Shown piece by piece: positions 1-9,434 of a stretch of DNA of 64,000 nt. The first letter of the stretch is position 1. Each line of letters starts with the position of its first letter. A program made the translations under genes and the position numbers. The DNA comes from Candidatus Heimdallarchaeota archaeon. GTDB lineage: Archaea; Asgardarchaeota; Heimdallarchaeia; Heimdallarchaeales; Heimdallarchaeaceae. A model generated the notes under the pieces. The model made no database searches. It worked only from the letters and a program-made list of their open reading frames with translations, and was not told where the DNA came from. Location: contig JAEOSZ010000055.1 of NCBI GenBank assembly GCA_016840095.1, forward strand, positions 19,471 through 83,470. Direction: 5' to 3'.

Positions 1-351
1 AATTATGAATGGTTGACATCAGAAGGAAAAGAAGTATATACTAAAGGAGTAGCAATTAGGAAAGCAATTAGTTATTCAATTGATAGAGAAGAAATGAATG
101 ATGTGCTACATAATGGAGAGTACATCATATGTCACAGTCCAATTGTTCCAGGATTGACTTATTATTATTATAACGATGTCATTAAATATAACAAAGATTT
201 GAAAAAAGCTGAGGAATGGCTTATAGCAGCAGGATATGACATAGAGGTAGATGGAACTACATTTGAATTATTCACCACAATAATAGGTATATCATCAATT
301 CTAGTTATTCAAGGATATATACAAAGAAGAAAGAAGATTACTAAGAGCTGA
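1..351 (+). CDS. C-terminal part of family-5 (OppA/DppA-like) solute-binding protein with C-terminal membrane anchor; 5'-truncated by window edge
   Basis: Frame is open from base 1. Motifs IRKAISYSIDREEMNDVLHNG and YNKDLKKAEEWLIAAGY, then a hydrophobic helix and RRKK tail. Paralogous to the 16043-18310 product. Confidence 0.85.
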   Translation, partial: NYEWLTSEGKEVYTKGVAIRKAISYSIDREEMNDVLHNGEYIICHSPIVPGLTYYYYNDVIKYNKDLKKAEEWLIAAGYDIEVDGTTFELFTTIIGISSILVIQGYIQRRKKITKS

Positions 352-427
352 TATGTTGATTAAATGATGTAAAAATCATCTGCAATATACTTATTAGAGT
401 TTGAACTTTAAAAACAGTGATTTTGAA

Positions 428-1339
428 ATGACATTTGTACAAACAGGAACATCAAGAGAGGATTATTTAGATGAACCTTCAACACTAAATCTTAGTGAAA
501 ATATTGGTTCAATTCTTTTGGATAAACTGAACTTTTTTCTAGGATTTTTAGCTAATGAGAAAAAAGAGATTGTATCTGGTTTTGCTAAGAATTATATAAA
601 TAAATTTCGAAGACTAATAGATAATGATTTCTTTACAAGAAATCTCGAAAAATATCAAAATTATACAACCGATTATAAGAATCTAAATCAGTTCCCAGAG
701 TTGACAAATGCTTCGATTAATTATCTGATTTTTCTTCTAGAATTGAAAGATGAAAGTGAATTAGAAAAAGATGAAATAGAAATTACTAGGAGAGCTCTGA
801 TAAAAGCATGGATTTTTCCTTCCTATTATCTTCTAGAAGTATTAACAGAAACTATTGATAGACAAGAAGCAATAAAATTGCATAAAAGATATATAACAAA
901 TTATTACATTGATCATCCTCATCCTAATAGAGAAGAATCTTTCAATCTCGAAAAACTGTTTGAGAATCGTACAACAGGTGATACAACATCATCAGAATGG
1001 ATTCTAGTACATACTATGCTAGAAGAAGGTAAATATGCTTTCAAGAACAAGAATTGTCCAACTTGTGTAGATGCAATGAAGGATCTTCCAGATGTGGAGC
1101 TAAAGTATCTTGCTTGCTGTTACCCAGATTATGAAAAATTCAGATCTTACTATAGTGACCACATTATTCTAACAATGGAGCACACTTTAATGGAAGGAGA
1201 TTCATATTGTTCTAGAGTGTTGCACGATACTAGAATCAACTATGATTTACGACATCCTACTAAAGAATTTTGGGATAACTTTGAACCTGGAAAAGAAAAG
1301 GAAGCTATGAAATACTACAAAAATCATAAAACCATCTAG
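428..1339 (+). CDS. Protein with C-terminal L-2-amino-thiazoline-4-carboxylate (ATC) hydrolase-like domain
   Basis: NCPTCVDAMK..ACCYPDY..LTMEHTLMEGDSYCSRVLHD pattern. The ORF track starts at TTG 401; ATG 428 is more likely. Confidence 0.65.
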   Translation: MTFVQTGTSREDYLDEPSTLNLSENIGSILLDKLNFFLGFLANEKKEIVSGFAKNYINKFRRLIDNDFFTRNLEKYQNYTTDYKNLNQFPELTNASINYLIFLLELKDESELEKDEIEITRRALIKAWIFPSYYLLEVLTETIDRQEAIKLHKRYITNYYIDHPHPNREESFNLEKLFENRTTGDTTSSEWILVHTMLEEGKYAFKNKNCPTCVDAMKDLPDVELKYLACCYPDYEKFRSYYSDHIILTMEHTLMEGDSYCSRVLHDTRINYDLRHPTKEFWDNFEPGKEKEAMKYYKNHKTI

Positions 1340-1415
1340 AGTACTTAAAAACTCATTTAATTTTACCAATTTAGAATTTCATTTCTTAAACTGTTTAAAA
1401 CTTTAGTGAACACAA

Positions 1416-1423
1416 TTTATATA
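1416..1423 (+). promoter_or_regulatory. Archaeal TATA box, probably leaderless transcript
   Basis: TTTATATA ends 22 nt before ATG 1446, with no Shine-Dalgarno (SD) motif in between. Confidence 0.55.
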
Positions 1424-1445
1424 GTGAAGAAAAAAAATTACCAGC

Positions 1446-2111
1446 ATGACAGTTGAAGATTCACTTCATGAATTAGAAACTGCCTCTTATTTTGGTGTAT
1501 TAGGTTTTGGTAGAAGTTATGGTAATCTGATATATACATTTCTTACTTTCCCAATAGGATTAACGCTTTTCATCTATACTTGGGTTTGTTTACCTTTATT
1601 TATTGGATTATCAGTTATAATCGTAGTTCTACCAATTCTATATGCTTTTCTCTGGACTATGCCTAGAATAATACTGCTAGTTGGATATTTAACAGAGTTA
1701 TTTGTAGGTCTTCCAGTACCAATTAGAGAAGATATACCAAAAAGAATAGAAGGTAGTTTCTTCACAAAGGCATTGAATGCTTTAAGGGACAAAAGAATAG
1801 GTAAATCTTTGGTTTATTCTATGGTTTTAGCTCTCCCATATGGAATATTTGTTTTTTCAATTATGACTGCACTAATTTCATTGGTAGGTGGATTAATAGC
1901 AGCACCTGTTGCGTATATTGTTCAGTTCTACCTTGGAACAGGAGATCAGTGGGTAAATTGGATTATTACTCATCTTCCTCAATGGGCTATAATTGTTCTC
2001 CTAATTGTATCAGTATTTGTAGGTTTAGCTATGATTCCTGCGGTTTTACAACTCAACAACAAATTGGCAATTATGCATGCAAGGATGGTTCAGAAAGCTT
2101 TAACAAGATAA
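1446..2111 (+). CDS. Stand-alone 'putative sensor' membrane domain protein
   Basis: Four hydrophobic segments and a YGNLIYTFLTFPIG...GLSVIIVVLPIL pattern typical of the Sensor domain usually fused to histidine kinases. No kinase domain is present. Confidence 0.6.
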   Translation: MTVEDSLHELETASYFGVLGFGRSYGNLIYTFLTFPIGLTLFIYTWVCLPLFIGLSVIIVVLPILYAFLWTMPRIILLVGYLTELFVGLPVPIREDIPKRIEGSFFTKALNALRDKRIGKSLVYSMVLALPYGIFVFSIMTALISLVGGLIAAPVAYIVQFYLGTGDQWVNWIITHLPQWAIIVLLIVSVFVGLAMIPAVLQLNNKLAIMHARMVQKALTR

Positions 2112-2119
2112 TCCTTTGG

Positions 2120-2136
2120 TTTTCTTTTTTTCTTTT
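2120..2136 (+). terminator. Oligo-T terminator
   Basis: T-rich tract (tttctttttttctttt) immediately after stop 2111. Confidence 0.45.
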
Positions 2137-2264
2137 AAATACAGTAAGATTCGATTTTTTATTATTTTTACAAATTTGTTTCATATCTTTTGAGTACTAC
2201 GTGTTTATTAACAATCTTTTAATTTCATCAATTTCTATTATCATAAATACCTTGAGGGTTAGAT

Positions 2265-3401
2265 ATGAAAGTTGTTGTTTTAGGAGCAGGATATGTAGGA
2301 AGTGTAATGGCAAGAGATTTAGCAGAAGATCTCTCAATTGAGGTTTCGATAGTTGATATCAACCAAGAGGTTTTAGATAAACTGAAACATGACTATGATC
2401 TTCATGGAATATGTGCAGATTTATCCAATCCTGATATCATCAAAGATATTGTGAAGGATTTTGATTTAGTAATTGGTGCTCTTCCTTATTTCATAGGCTA
2501 TAAGGCTCTTAAGGCTGTAATTGAAGCAGGAAAGAACATGGTTGATATCACTTATCTCGAGGAAGATCCATTTTCTTTAGATGAACTAGCAAAAGAGAAA
2601 GGAGTAACAGTTGTTGTAGACTGTGGAGTAGCACCAGGGTCAAGTAACATCATACTTGGTTATATTGATTCAATATTAGATAAAACAGAAAGTTTCCTAT
2701 ATTATGTTGGGGGATTACCAGTAGAAAGAAACTGGCTTTTTGATTATAGATCTCCTTATCCCCCAATTGAGGTTCTCGAGGAATATGTCCTTCTAGCAAG
2801 ATGCGTTGAGAATAGTGAGATAGTTGTTAAACCAGCTTTATCTGAACTTAAATTAATAGAATTTCCAGAAGTGGGAACTCTAGTAGCCATCAATACTGAT
2901 GGTCTTAGAACTCTCATCAAGACAATGGATATCCCTTTTATGGAAGAAAAAACACTTCGATATCCTTCTCATATAGAAATGATGCAGATGCTTATAGAAG
3001 CTGGATTCCTCAATACAGAAGAAATAGAAGTGAAAGGAAAGAAAATTAAGCCAATTGAATTAACTCATAAACTGTTACTTGATCATTGGATGTTTGTAGA
3101 GGGAGACGAAGATCATACTATTATGAAGATAGTTATTGAAGGAATGAAAGATGACAAGAAACTAAGATATACTTATGATATGTTTGATAAGTACGATAGA
3201 GAAAAGAGTATTTTATCTATAGCAAGAACTACAGGATATACTTGTACAGCTGTAGCTCAAACTATACTTGAAGGAAAATTCAAAGAAAAAGGAATCATTC
3301 CTCCAGAACTTTTAGGAAAACATTCAGAAGTTTATCACCAAGTTATTGAATATTTAAGGAAAAGAAATGTGATATTTAAGGAGACAATCAAAGAACTATA
3401 A
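2265..3401 (+). CDS. Saccharopine dehydrogenase / lysine 6-dehydrogenase family protein
   Basis: Rossmann VVVLGAGYVG; motifs DCGVAPG, YVGGLP, TDGLRTL, KTLRYPSH, ARTTGY. Confidence 0.9.
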   Translation: MKVVVLGAGYVGSVMARDLAEDLSIEVSIVDINQEVLDKLKHDYDLHGICADLSNPDIIKDIVKDFDLVIGALPYFIGYKALKAVIEAGKNMVDITYLEEDPFSLDELAKEKGVTVVVDCGVAPGSSNIILGYIDSILDKTESFLYYVGGLPVERNWLFDYRSPYPPIEVLEEYVLLARCVENSEIVVKPALSELKLIEFPEVGTLVAINTDGLRTLIKTMDIPFMEEKTLRYPSHIEMMQMLIEAGFLNTEEIEVKGKKIKPIELTHKLLLDHWMFVEGDEDHTIMKIVIEGMKDDKKLRYTYDMFDKYDREKSILSIARTTGYTCTAVAQTILEGKFKEKGIIPPELLGKHSEVYHQVIEYLRKRNVIFKETIKEL

Positions 3402-3558
3402 GACGAAAATTGGTGTCCAGAGTAGTTGCTATAGTAAACAAATTAGATGTAACTATTCTCTTTTTGAAGGTAAAGAAACGAAATAAAATAGATAAGAAAG
3501 AATAAGAGACTAAAGGATTACTATTTATTAGTTCTGAATAATCTTTTTAAATAACAGC

Positions 3559-4881
3559 ATGTTTCCAACTTATATGAAAAGGCTTCGTACATTCGATATA
3601 ATGAGAGGTTTAGCTATATTATTTGTTGTACTAGGTCACAGAATATATTGGGACTATTATAGACAAAATGCTGATGCTTTAAACACAATTACTCCAGCTC
3701 TTGTAATATTCACAATGGTACTTACTATGGCAGGTATCTTTTTCTGTATTAGTGGAGCAGTTAATACTTATGTGAACTTCAGTAGATTAAAAGAAGGAAA
3801 GCTGACACCAAAGCAAGTTTTAGTTAAAAGTTTGATTACTGGTTTCATGTTAGTTCTAATTAGTGTTTTCTTCAGATTTGTCCTTCTAAGGACAACTGAT
3901 GATGTTGTAAGTATTATTCAAGGAACAACTATGATTCAGTGGTGGAATGAAACTGGAATAGTACCCTATTCTATCCTTTATGGAGTATTTCCTACCAAAT
4001 TTAATTTCATCATTTTATTCTACATGGGTACTCTTTCGATGATTGGATATTCAATTATATCAGTAACAATTATTCTTGTACTTTATCATAAGTATAAGGG
4101 ACTAGATAACACACAAAGTCTTCGCAGACTTTTTCTTATCCTAGGAATTATTATTTTTCTAACGAGTGCATTAACGTACCAATTTCTGTGGGGACCTGTA
4201 AAAAGTATGTGTGATAGCGGGAATATTGTTGCTGCAATATTTTTGGCACCTCTGTTTTATGCAAAGTTTTCAGTTTTTCCATATTTAGCATTTGGCTTCT
4301 TTGGAGCATTTTTTGGAGTAGCTTTTGCATCAAAAGAATATGAACCTAGAAAAGTTTTAAGACAAATGTTGTTGTTTTGGACAATTCTCCTTAGTCTTGG
4401 TATAATTGTTCTAGGAATTTGTATTTATATAGGAACTACAAATTTATCCATTTACGGTAGTTGGTATTACGCTTGGGGACAGATGTTTCTTCAACTAGGA
4501 TTGTACTTCCTCTTGTTCTGGCTGGGACTGAAATTCATTGATTATCAACCTGAAGAAAAAACACAAAAACGTATGAAATGGTTTAGTTGGTTAGATATAT
4601 TGGGTAGAATTACATTAACTGTGTTTATTTATGAAGGTGTTCTTGCAGTAATTTTACAAAGGCTCTTTGCACCTATATGGCCTAATTGGAACGCAACTTT
4701 TGGCAATATTACGCTATTTGGACTACTCAATTTAGCTGTGTGGATGATAATTGTTCTTGTCTGGAAACAAGTCAAGTTCATAGGTTCGGTAGAATGGACA
4801 ACTACATGGTTGATTCAGAAAACTTCAGGTCAAAAATCCACTAAAATGGCACACATCAAATCTGAAACGGCTGAAGAGTAG
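3559..4881 (+). CDS. Multi-pass membrane acyltransferase-like protein (HGSNAT-catalytic/DUF1624-like)
   Basis: N-terminal RLRTFDIMRGLAILFVVLGH; FPYLAFGFFG; LGRITLTVFI; GSVEW; about 10 TM segments. Confidence 0.7.
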   Translation: MFPTYMKRLRTFDIMRGLAILFVVLGHRIYWDYYRQNADALNTITPALVIFTMVLTMAGIFFCISGAVNTYVNFSRLKEGKLTPKQVLVKSLITGFMLVLISVFFRFVLLRTTDDVVSIIQGTTMIQWWNETGIVPYSILYGVFPTKFNFIILFYMGTLSMIGYSIISVTIILVLYHKYKGLDNTQSLRRLFLILGIIIFLTSALTYQFLWGPVKSMCDSGNIVAAIFLAPLFYAKFSVFPYLAFGFFGAFFGVAFASKEYEPRKVLRQMLLFWTILLSLGIIVLGICIYIGTTNLSIYGSWYYAWGQMFLQLGLYFLLFWLGLKFIDYQPEEKTQKRMKWFSWLDILGRITLTVFIYEGVLAVILQRLFAPIWPNWNATFGNITLFGLLNLAVWMIIVLVWKQVKFIGSVEWTTTWLIQKTSGQKSTKMAHIKSETAEE

Positions 4882-5052
4882 TCTTTTTTCTACTTATTTT
4901 TTCATTCTCCTAAATTTATCTGTGAATTGTTCCAAAAAGAAATAATGCCTTAGATATTGCTTTAACCTTTTGATAGATATTCTTCAAATCTTTGCTCTCC
5001 TTTCTAATCCCGAGTTTTACGAAGAAGAATGGGATAAATGTTTTATTGGCTG

Positions 5053-5079
5053 ATAGATCACCCAACGAGGTTGATCTAT
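5053..5079. repeat. Intergenic inverted repeat / hairpin
   Basis: ATAGATCA-N11-TGATCTAT (perfect 8-bp arms) followed by a T-rich run. Confidence 0.6.
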
Positions 5080-5298
5080 TTTTTATATTTTAGATAGTTA
5101 AATTCTAGCAGTTTATAATATTGTTCAAATTGCTAGATTATGCTATAGAGCAAATTGATACTAAAACTGTTCAAAAAATTAAGGAAGTTGCTTTACAACT
5201 CTTACTTGATGCTGATTCAATCTAATTTGTCTGAAAACTTTAAAATGTAGTTTATGAAAGATTATTTAACCTAAATTTGTAATGAAATGGTGAATTAA

Positions 5299-5475
5299 AT
5301 GGAAAAGAACAATTTGCTTTATATTGCCTTAATTGTATTAGGTTTTCTAGCTACAGGAGTACTAGTAATTATTCTAGCACCTTCTGTGTGGTGGGTAGGT
5401 TTAATTGCAATATCAGTAGCTACTATCGTTACCTTGTGGGCATTGTCAATTTATCTGATTCCAAAAAAAGCATAA
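5299..5475 (+). CDS. 58-aa two-helix membrane microprotein (absent from ORF track)
   Basis: MEKNNLLYIALIVLGFLATGVLVIILAPSVWWVGLIAISVATIVTLWALSIYLIPKKA; GGTGA SD motif at 5289-5293. Confidence 0.65.
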   Translation: MEKNNLLYIALIVLGFLATGVLVIILAPSVWWVGLIAISVATIVTLWALSIYLIPKKA

Positions 5476-5505
5476 TAAAGACTAACAAAGGTTCCAATTA
5501 ACTTC

Positions 5506-6432
5506 TTAGGAGTCCTTCTTTTCTTCTTTTTCTATTCCCATAGTTTCTATTAATCCCTGTTTTCTACCTAATAAGAATCCTGCGACTAGCAGAACTATGA
5601 TTCCAACAAGAAGTAGGTAGATTGAATAATTTTGTGGGGAACTCTTCAAATAAATACCATAGAAAAGAATTACTGGAGCAAATTGTTGTGGAACTCCGCT
5701 TAATGGATATACAATACTTGCATTACCATATTTGAATGCTTCTTGCATATGTGCAATTCCGAGAATATTTACTGCTCCTACAATCAAAATTGAGCATAAG
5801 AATAAAACAATACTTAATGGAGTATAGTTGCCCTTAATGAGCTCTCTAAATAAATATATGAACGGTTGTAGCCAAGCATTAGAAAGTGCAAATGGAAAAC
5901 CCGCTCCTAATGCTAGATATATTGTTTTTCCCTTTTCCAACCTTTTACCTAGCTGTCTGCTTGTAATCCATAGGATAAGAAACACAGCTGAGTAGATTGT
6001 CAGTCGAATCACGAAATTTGTATCAGCTAAGTTAATCATATCATCATCAGTAATTTCAAGAGCACTCAATCCAACCATTACAATTCCAGCAATCATCGAT
6101 ACAATACCGATATATTCTGATAGATTGAGTTTTTCTCCAAGGAGCTTAACTGCTCCTACTGTAAGAACTATTAAACCGACTGCAGACAGACCTGGAATTA
6201 ATGCCCCTCCAATGAAAACATGAGCTAAAGTGAATAAAGCACCACTTGCACCTAATATCAGTAGTAATCCTAAGAGCCAGTATGGATTTTTGATCAATTT
6301 CTTAAAGAATCCTTTGTCTCTCTCTTCTATAGGTATTTTATTGATTGCATATTTCTGTAGGAGTGCTCCAATGTTATTTGCTATTCCTCCAGAAAGTGCA
6401 AATATGATTCCTAAAGTAAGATTAGCTGACAA
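5506..6432 (-). CDS. DMT superfamily (NIPA/EamA-like) transporter
   Basis: About 9 TM segments; GALLQKYAI, KNPYWLLGL, LLGEKLNLSEYIG, AFKYGNASIVYP. Start placed at TTG 6432 (ORF track gives 6537). Confidence 0.75.
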   Translation of the reverse strand: MSANLTLGIIFALSGGIANNIGALLQKYAINKIPIEERDKGFFKKLIKNPYWLLGLLLILGASGALFTLAHVFIGGALIPGLSAVGLIVLTVGAVKLLGEKLNLSEYIGIVSMIAGIVMVGLSALEITDDDMINLADTNFVIRLTIYSAVFLILWITSRQLGKRLEKGKTIYLALGAGFPFALSNAWLQPFIYLFRELIKGNYTPLSIVLFLCSILIVGAVNILGIAHMQEAFKYGNASIVYPLSGVPQQFAPVILFYGIYLKSSPQNYSIYLLLVGIIVLLVAGFLLGRKQGLIETMGIEKEEKKDS

Positions 6433-6580
6433 AGTATTCTTCTCTCTTCTGTTCTTCTGAAGTTCTTCAAGCTTAAATAAAAGGATTACCTCAGTTTTCA
6501 AAATGCTGATTACTGAGTAATAACGGAAAGCCTTCAAATATGTTTAAATAATGGAGTAAAAGCTTCAGTCAGTGAATTAA

Positions 6581-7105
6581 ATGGAAGATGAAAAGAAGAA
6601 GAAATACTTCTATTTAGGTTATATTCCTAGGTGTCCCTTGTATAAACCAACTCCACTATTGATTATTCTATCTATAACTGCACTAGGTACTTGGGGAATA
6701 TATTATCTCAATTTCTGGGCAGCGATTGGATACTTGATATATTCTCTATTATTCACCTTCGTGTTAATGCCATTTACGATGTGTAAACATTGTTATTTCA
6801 AGAAATTTGAAACCTCAACTGATGAAGAAACTGGAGAAACTACAAGGAAACTTTTGCCTGTAGATAAATGGGGAAAAACACTTTTACATTTGCATGTTGG
6901 ACAAAAAGGTTGGGCTTGGGGAATGTTCATAACATGGTTTCTACCTATAATACTAATAATTGTGTCATTCTTTTTGAGTTTTAATTATTTAGCTATAATT
7001 GCCTTAGTAGCTTTTATAGCAGCAGTAGTTGGGAATTACTTCTATATGATAAAAATAAAATGTCCAAAATGTCCGATACAAAAGGAATGTCATTCCGCAT
7101 TCTAA
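6581..7105 (+). CDS. Four-TM membrane protein with Cys motifs
   Basis: Four hydrophobic helices; CKHC and CPKCPIQKECH on the same predicted membrane side. Confidence 0.7.
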   Translation: MEDEKKKKYFYLGYIPRCPLYKPTPLLIILSITALGTWGIYYLNFWAAIGYLIYSLLFTFVLMPFTMCKHCYFKKFETSTDEETGETTRKLLPVDKWGKTLLHLHVGQKGWAWGMFITWFLPIILIIVSFFLSFNYLAIIALVAFIAAVVGNYFYMIKIKCPKCPIQKECHSAF

Positions 7106-7131
7106 AAAAATAGAAAAATAAGAGTAAAGAA

Positions 7132-8409
7132 TTACTCTTTCTTTGGTCTTAGTTTGAATACTGATATTAATACTAAACCTATTGCCAAGTAGATTATAGT
7201 CATTATTATCAAAGATACAAACTCAAAGCTTATCTCTGAAAATGTTTGACCATAAATCAAAATATCAGTTATTGCATTATTTGCAATATTTGTTGGAATC
7301 AGATCAAACACTCCGAAAGTATTACTTCCTACTTGAAACATTGGTACTTGTGCAATTCCCCAAACTGGGAAGAATGTTATCATATACAAAGGTATAGCAA
7401 CTACACTTCCTATAGAACTAGCCATCGTTGCTGTCTTCGCAAATGCTGCTATCATCATTCCAATTCCTAACATAGATAAGGACATAATCCATGTGATGAA
7501 ACCTGCGAGAACAAATGATCCTACTGCATTATATCCAAATGCAAGTGAGAGTGCAAATAAGACAACTATTTGAACTAGTGATACTAATAATTGTGCAAGT
7601 GACATTCCACCAATAAGATGAATTGCTCTTGTTGGAGTTAGTTGGAGTTTTTCTAGTGTTTTCAACTCGTATTCTTCAGTAAAAGTAGAAGCTACAAATA
7701 CTATGTTCAGAACAATGCCAATAATCACAATACCAGGAACCATTAAATCAAAAACTGAAGTATCGGTAATTCCAATGAAGTTCTGAACAATAATACTTTC
7801 ACCTGTTGTATCACCTAGACTTAATCTTGTTGCATCTACAAATTCATTATAGACAGTTGTGAATGCTGAGAATGCACTTTGATATGTTCCCTTAACAGGA
7901 TCTCCTACAACTGTTAAAGTAACATCATTATCAAAGTTGAATATAACTTCACTGAAATTTGTTGGTATTATTAATGTCAAATGAACTTCATGTTCTTCGT
8001 TTATTAACCAATCTTCTAGGGATTGATTGTATTCAGGGTAGTCAAAGACATAGAAGATATTTATAGGTTCTTGCCCTTCTTCCGCAGGATAAGTAATATT
8101 TCCCAATGTGTTCATTAGAGCTTCCCCAAATTCATAAGTTGTAGTAGCGTTTGTATAGCCTATATCATCATTGATTACAAGAAGATTATAAGATTCTACT
8201 GTAGGTGTTGCTCCTCCAAAAGCTACTCCCATAAATATCATAAGAATTGCTGGCATTGCTACAGCTATAATGATGAAGAGCTTTGAACGGAATATTTCTT
8301 TAATGTATTTTAATCCAATTTTATAAGTAGTTCTGAACTCAAATCCTAGCTTTTTAGTAAAAGCAATGAATTTACTTTGATTCTCACTCTTTTCTTCCAT
8401 TCTAATCAC
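7132..8409 (-). CDS. ABC-2 type exporter permease
   Basis: N-terminal TM, extracellular domain, EEYELKTLEKLQLTP motif, five further TMs. Overlaps the ATPase stop. Confidence 0.9.
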   Translation of the reverse strand: MIRMEEKSENQSKFIAFTKKLGFEFRTTYKIGLKYIKEIFRSKLFIIIAVAMPAILMIFMGVAFGGATPTVESYNLLVINDDIGYTNATTTYEFGEALMNTLGNITYPAEEGQEPINIFYVFDYPEYNQSLEDWLINEEHEVHLTLIIPTNFSEVIFNFDNDVTLTVVGDPVKGTYQSAFSAFTTVYNEFVDATRLSLGDTTGESIIVQNFIGITDTSVFDLMVPGIVIIGIVLNIVFVASTFTEEYELKTLEKLQLTPTRAIHLIGGMSLAQLLVSLVQIVVLFALSLAFGYNAVGSFVLAGFITWIMSLSMLGIGMMIAAFAKTATMASSIGSVVAIPLYMITFFPVWGIAQVPMFQVGSNTFGVFDLIPTNIANNAITDILIYGQTFSEISFEFVSLIIMTIIYLAIGLVLISVFKLRPKKE

Positions 8410-9364
8410 CTCGCAACTCCTTTCCTGTAAGACTTATGAAAACAGTCTCCAAAGATTGCTTTGTCAGCTTTACATCAACTGCAGTAAATCCTTCATCTTC
8501 AATTGCGTTCAAGATTTCAGGTATTTTTGCTATTGCATTTAATGTTTTTACAATTATAAATTGCTCATTCTTTTCCACTACTAAATCCTTTGCTGATTTC
8601 TCAACCTTTGTAATCAAATTCTTATCATATTCCTTATCAACTTCTATTTCAAGAATGTCTCCTTTACCATGAGTATTCTTGAGATTTTCAGGTGTGTCTA
8701 CAGCAAGCATCTTGCCTAAGTCAAGAATACCTACTCTATCAGAAAGTGCATCAACTATCTCCATTAGATGACTAGTTATAATGATAGTTTTATTGTCTTT
8801 AGATGCGAAATCTCTCAAGTAATCGTAGAGATAATTCCTAGTTTGTGGATCTAGACCAACAAAGACCTCATCAAGCATTAGAATTTGAGGATCATGAACC
8901 ATCCCCATTGCAAGATTGAGTCTTCTTTGCATACCACCAGAGAGCTTAGATGCCAATTTCTTCTTGTGTTCTACAAGATATAAACCTTCTAAAATATGGT
9001 TAATTCTCTCTTTTAGCTCCTTATTAGGAATATTATATGTGGTTCCAATAACATTGAGATTTTCATATACAGTTAAATTCTTCCAGAAAGCTGCTTCTTG
9101 AGGTACGTAACCTATATGATATTTCCATTTAGTAGAATTGACACTGAGTTCCTCTCCATCAAACAAAATATGACCTGAAGTTGATTTTAATAATCCTACA
9201 ATCATTCGAATCAGAGTCGTTTTTCCCGCCCCATTTGGACCAAGTAGTCCAAAAATCTCTCCTTTATAGATTTCTAGATCTAACGAATCTACAGCTCTGA
9301 CATTGTTTGAGCTATAGATTTTCGTTATATCTTGAATCTGTATAGCTAAATCATTCATAAGCAA
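8402..9364 (-). CDS. ABC exporter ATP-binding protein (DrrA/NodI-like)
   Basis: GPNGAGKT, LSGGMQRR, LMLDE, SH switch. Confidence 0.95.
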   Translation of the reverse strand: MLMNDLAIQIQDITKIYSSNNVRAVDSLDLEIYKGEIFGLLGPNGAGKTTLIRMIVGLLKSTSGHILFDGEELSVNSTKWKYHIGYVPQEAAFWKNLTVYENLNVIGTTYNIPNKELKERINHILEGLYLVEHKKKLASKLSGGMQRRLNLAMGMVHDPQILMLDEVFVGLDPQTRNYLYDYLRDFASKDNKTIIITSHLMEIVDALSDRVGILDLGKMLAVDTPENLKNTHGKGDILEIEVDKEYDKNLITKVEKSAKDLVVEKNEQFIIVKTLNAIAKIPEILNAIEDEGFTAVDVKLTKQSLETVFISLTGKELRGD

Positions 9365-9400
9365 ATGTTTGAATAGTGTTCTTTAATCTTTCTTGAAAAA

Positions 9401-9408
9401 TTTATAAA
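9401..9408 (+). promoter_or_regulatory. TATA box with upstream purine-rich BRE-like element
   Basis: gaaaaa-TTTATAAA, 26 nt before GTG 9435, in the divergent gap between the ABC exporter and the acyltransferase genes. Confidence 0.55.
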
Positions 9409-9434
9409 GGCTTAATTGTTCTCAAACAACATAT

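Noticed and set aside
1949-2341. 130-aa ORF bridging two genes
   Set aside because: Alternative frame overlapping two well-supported CDS and running through a T-tract terminator.
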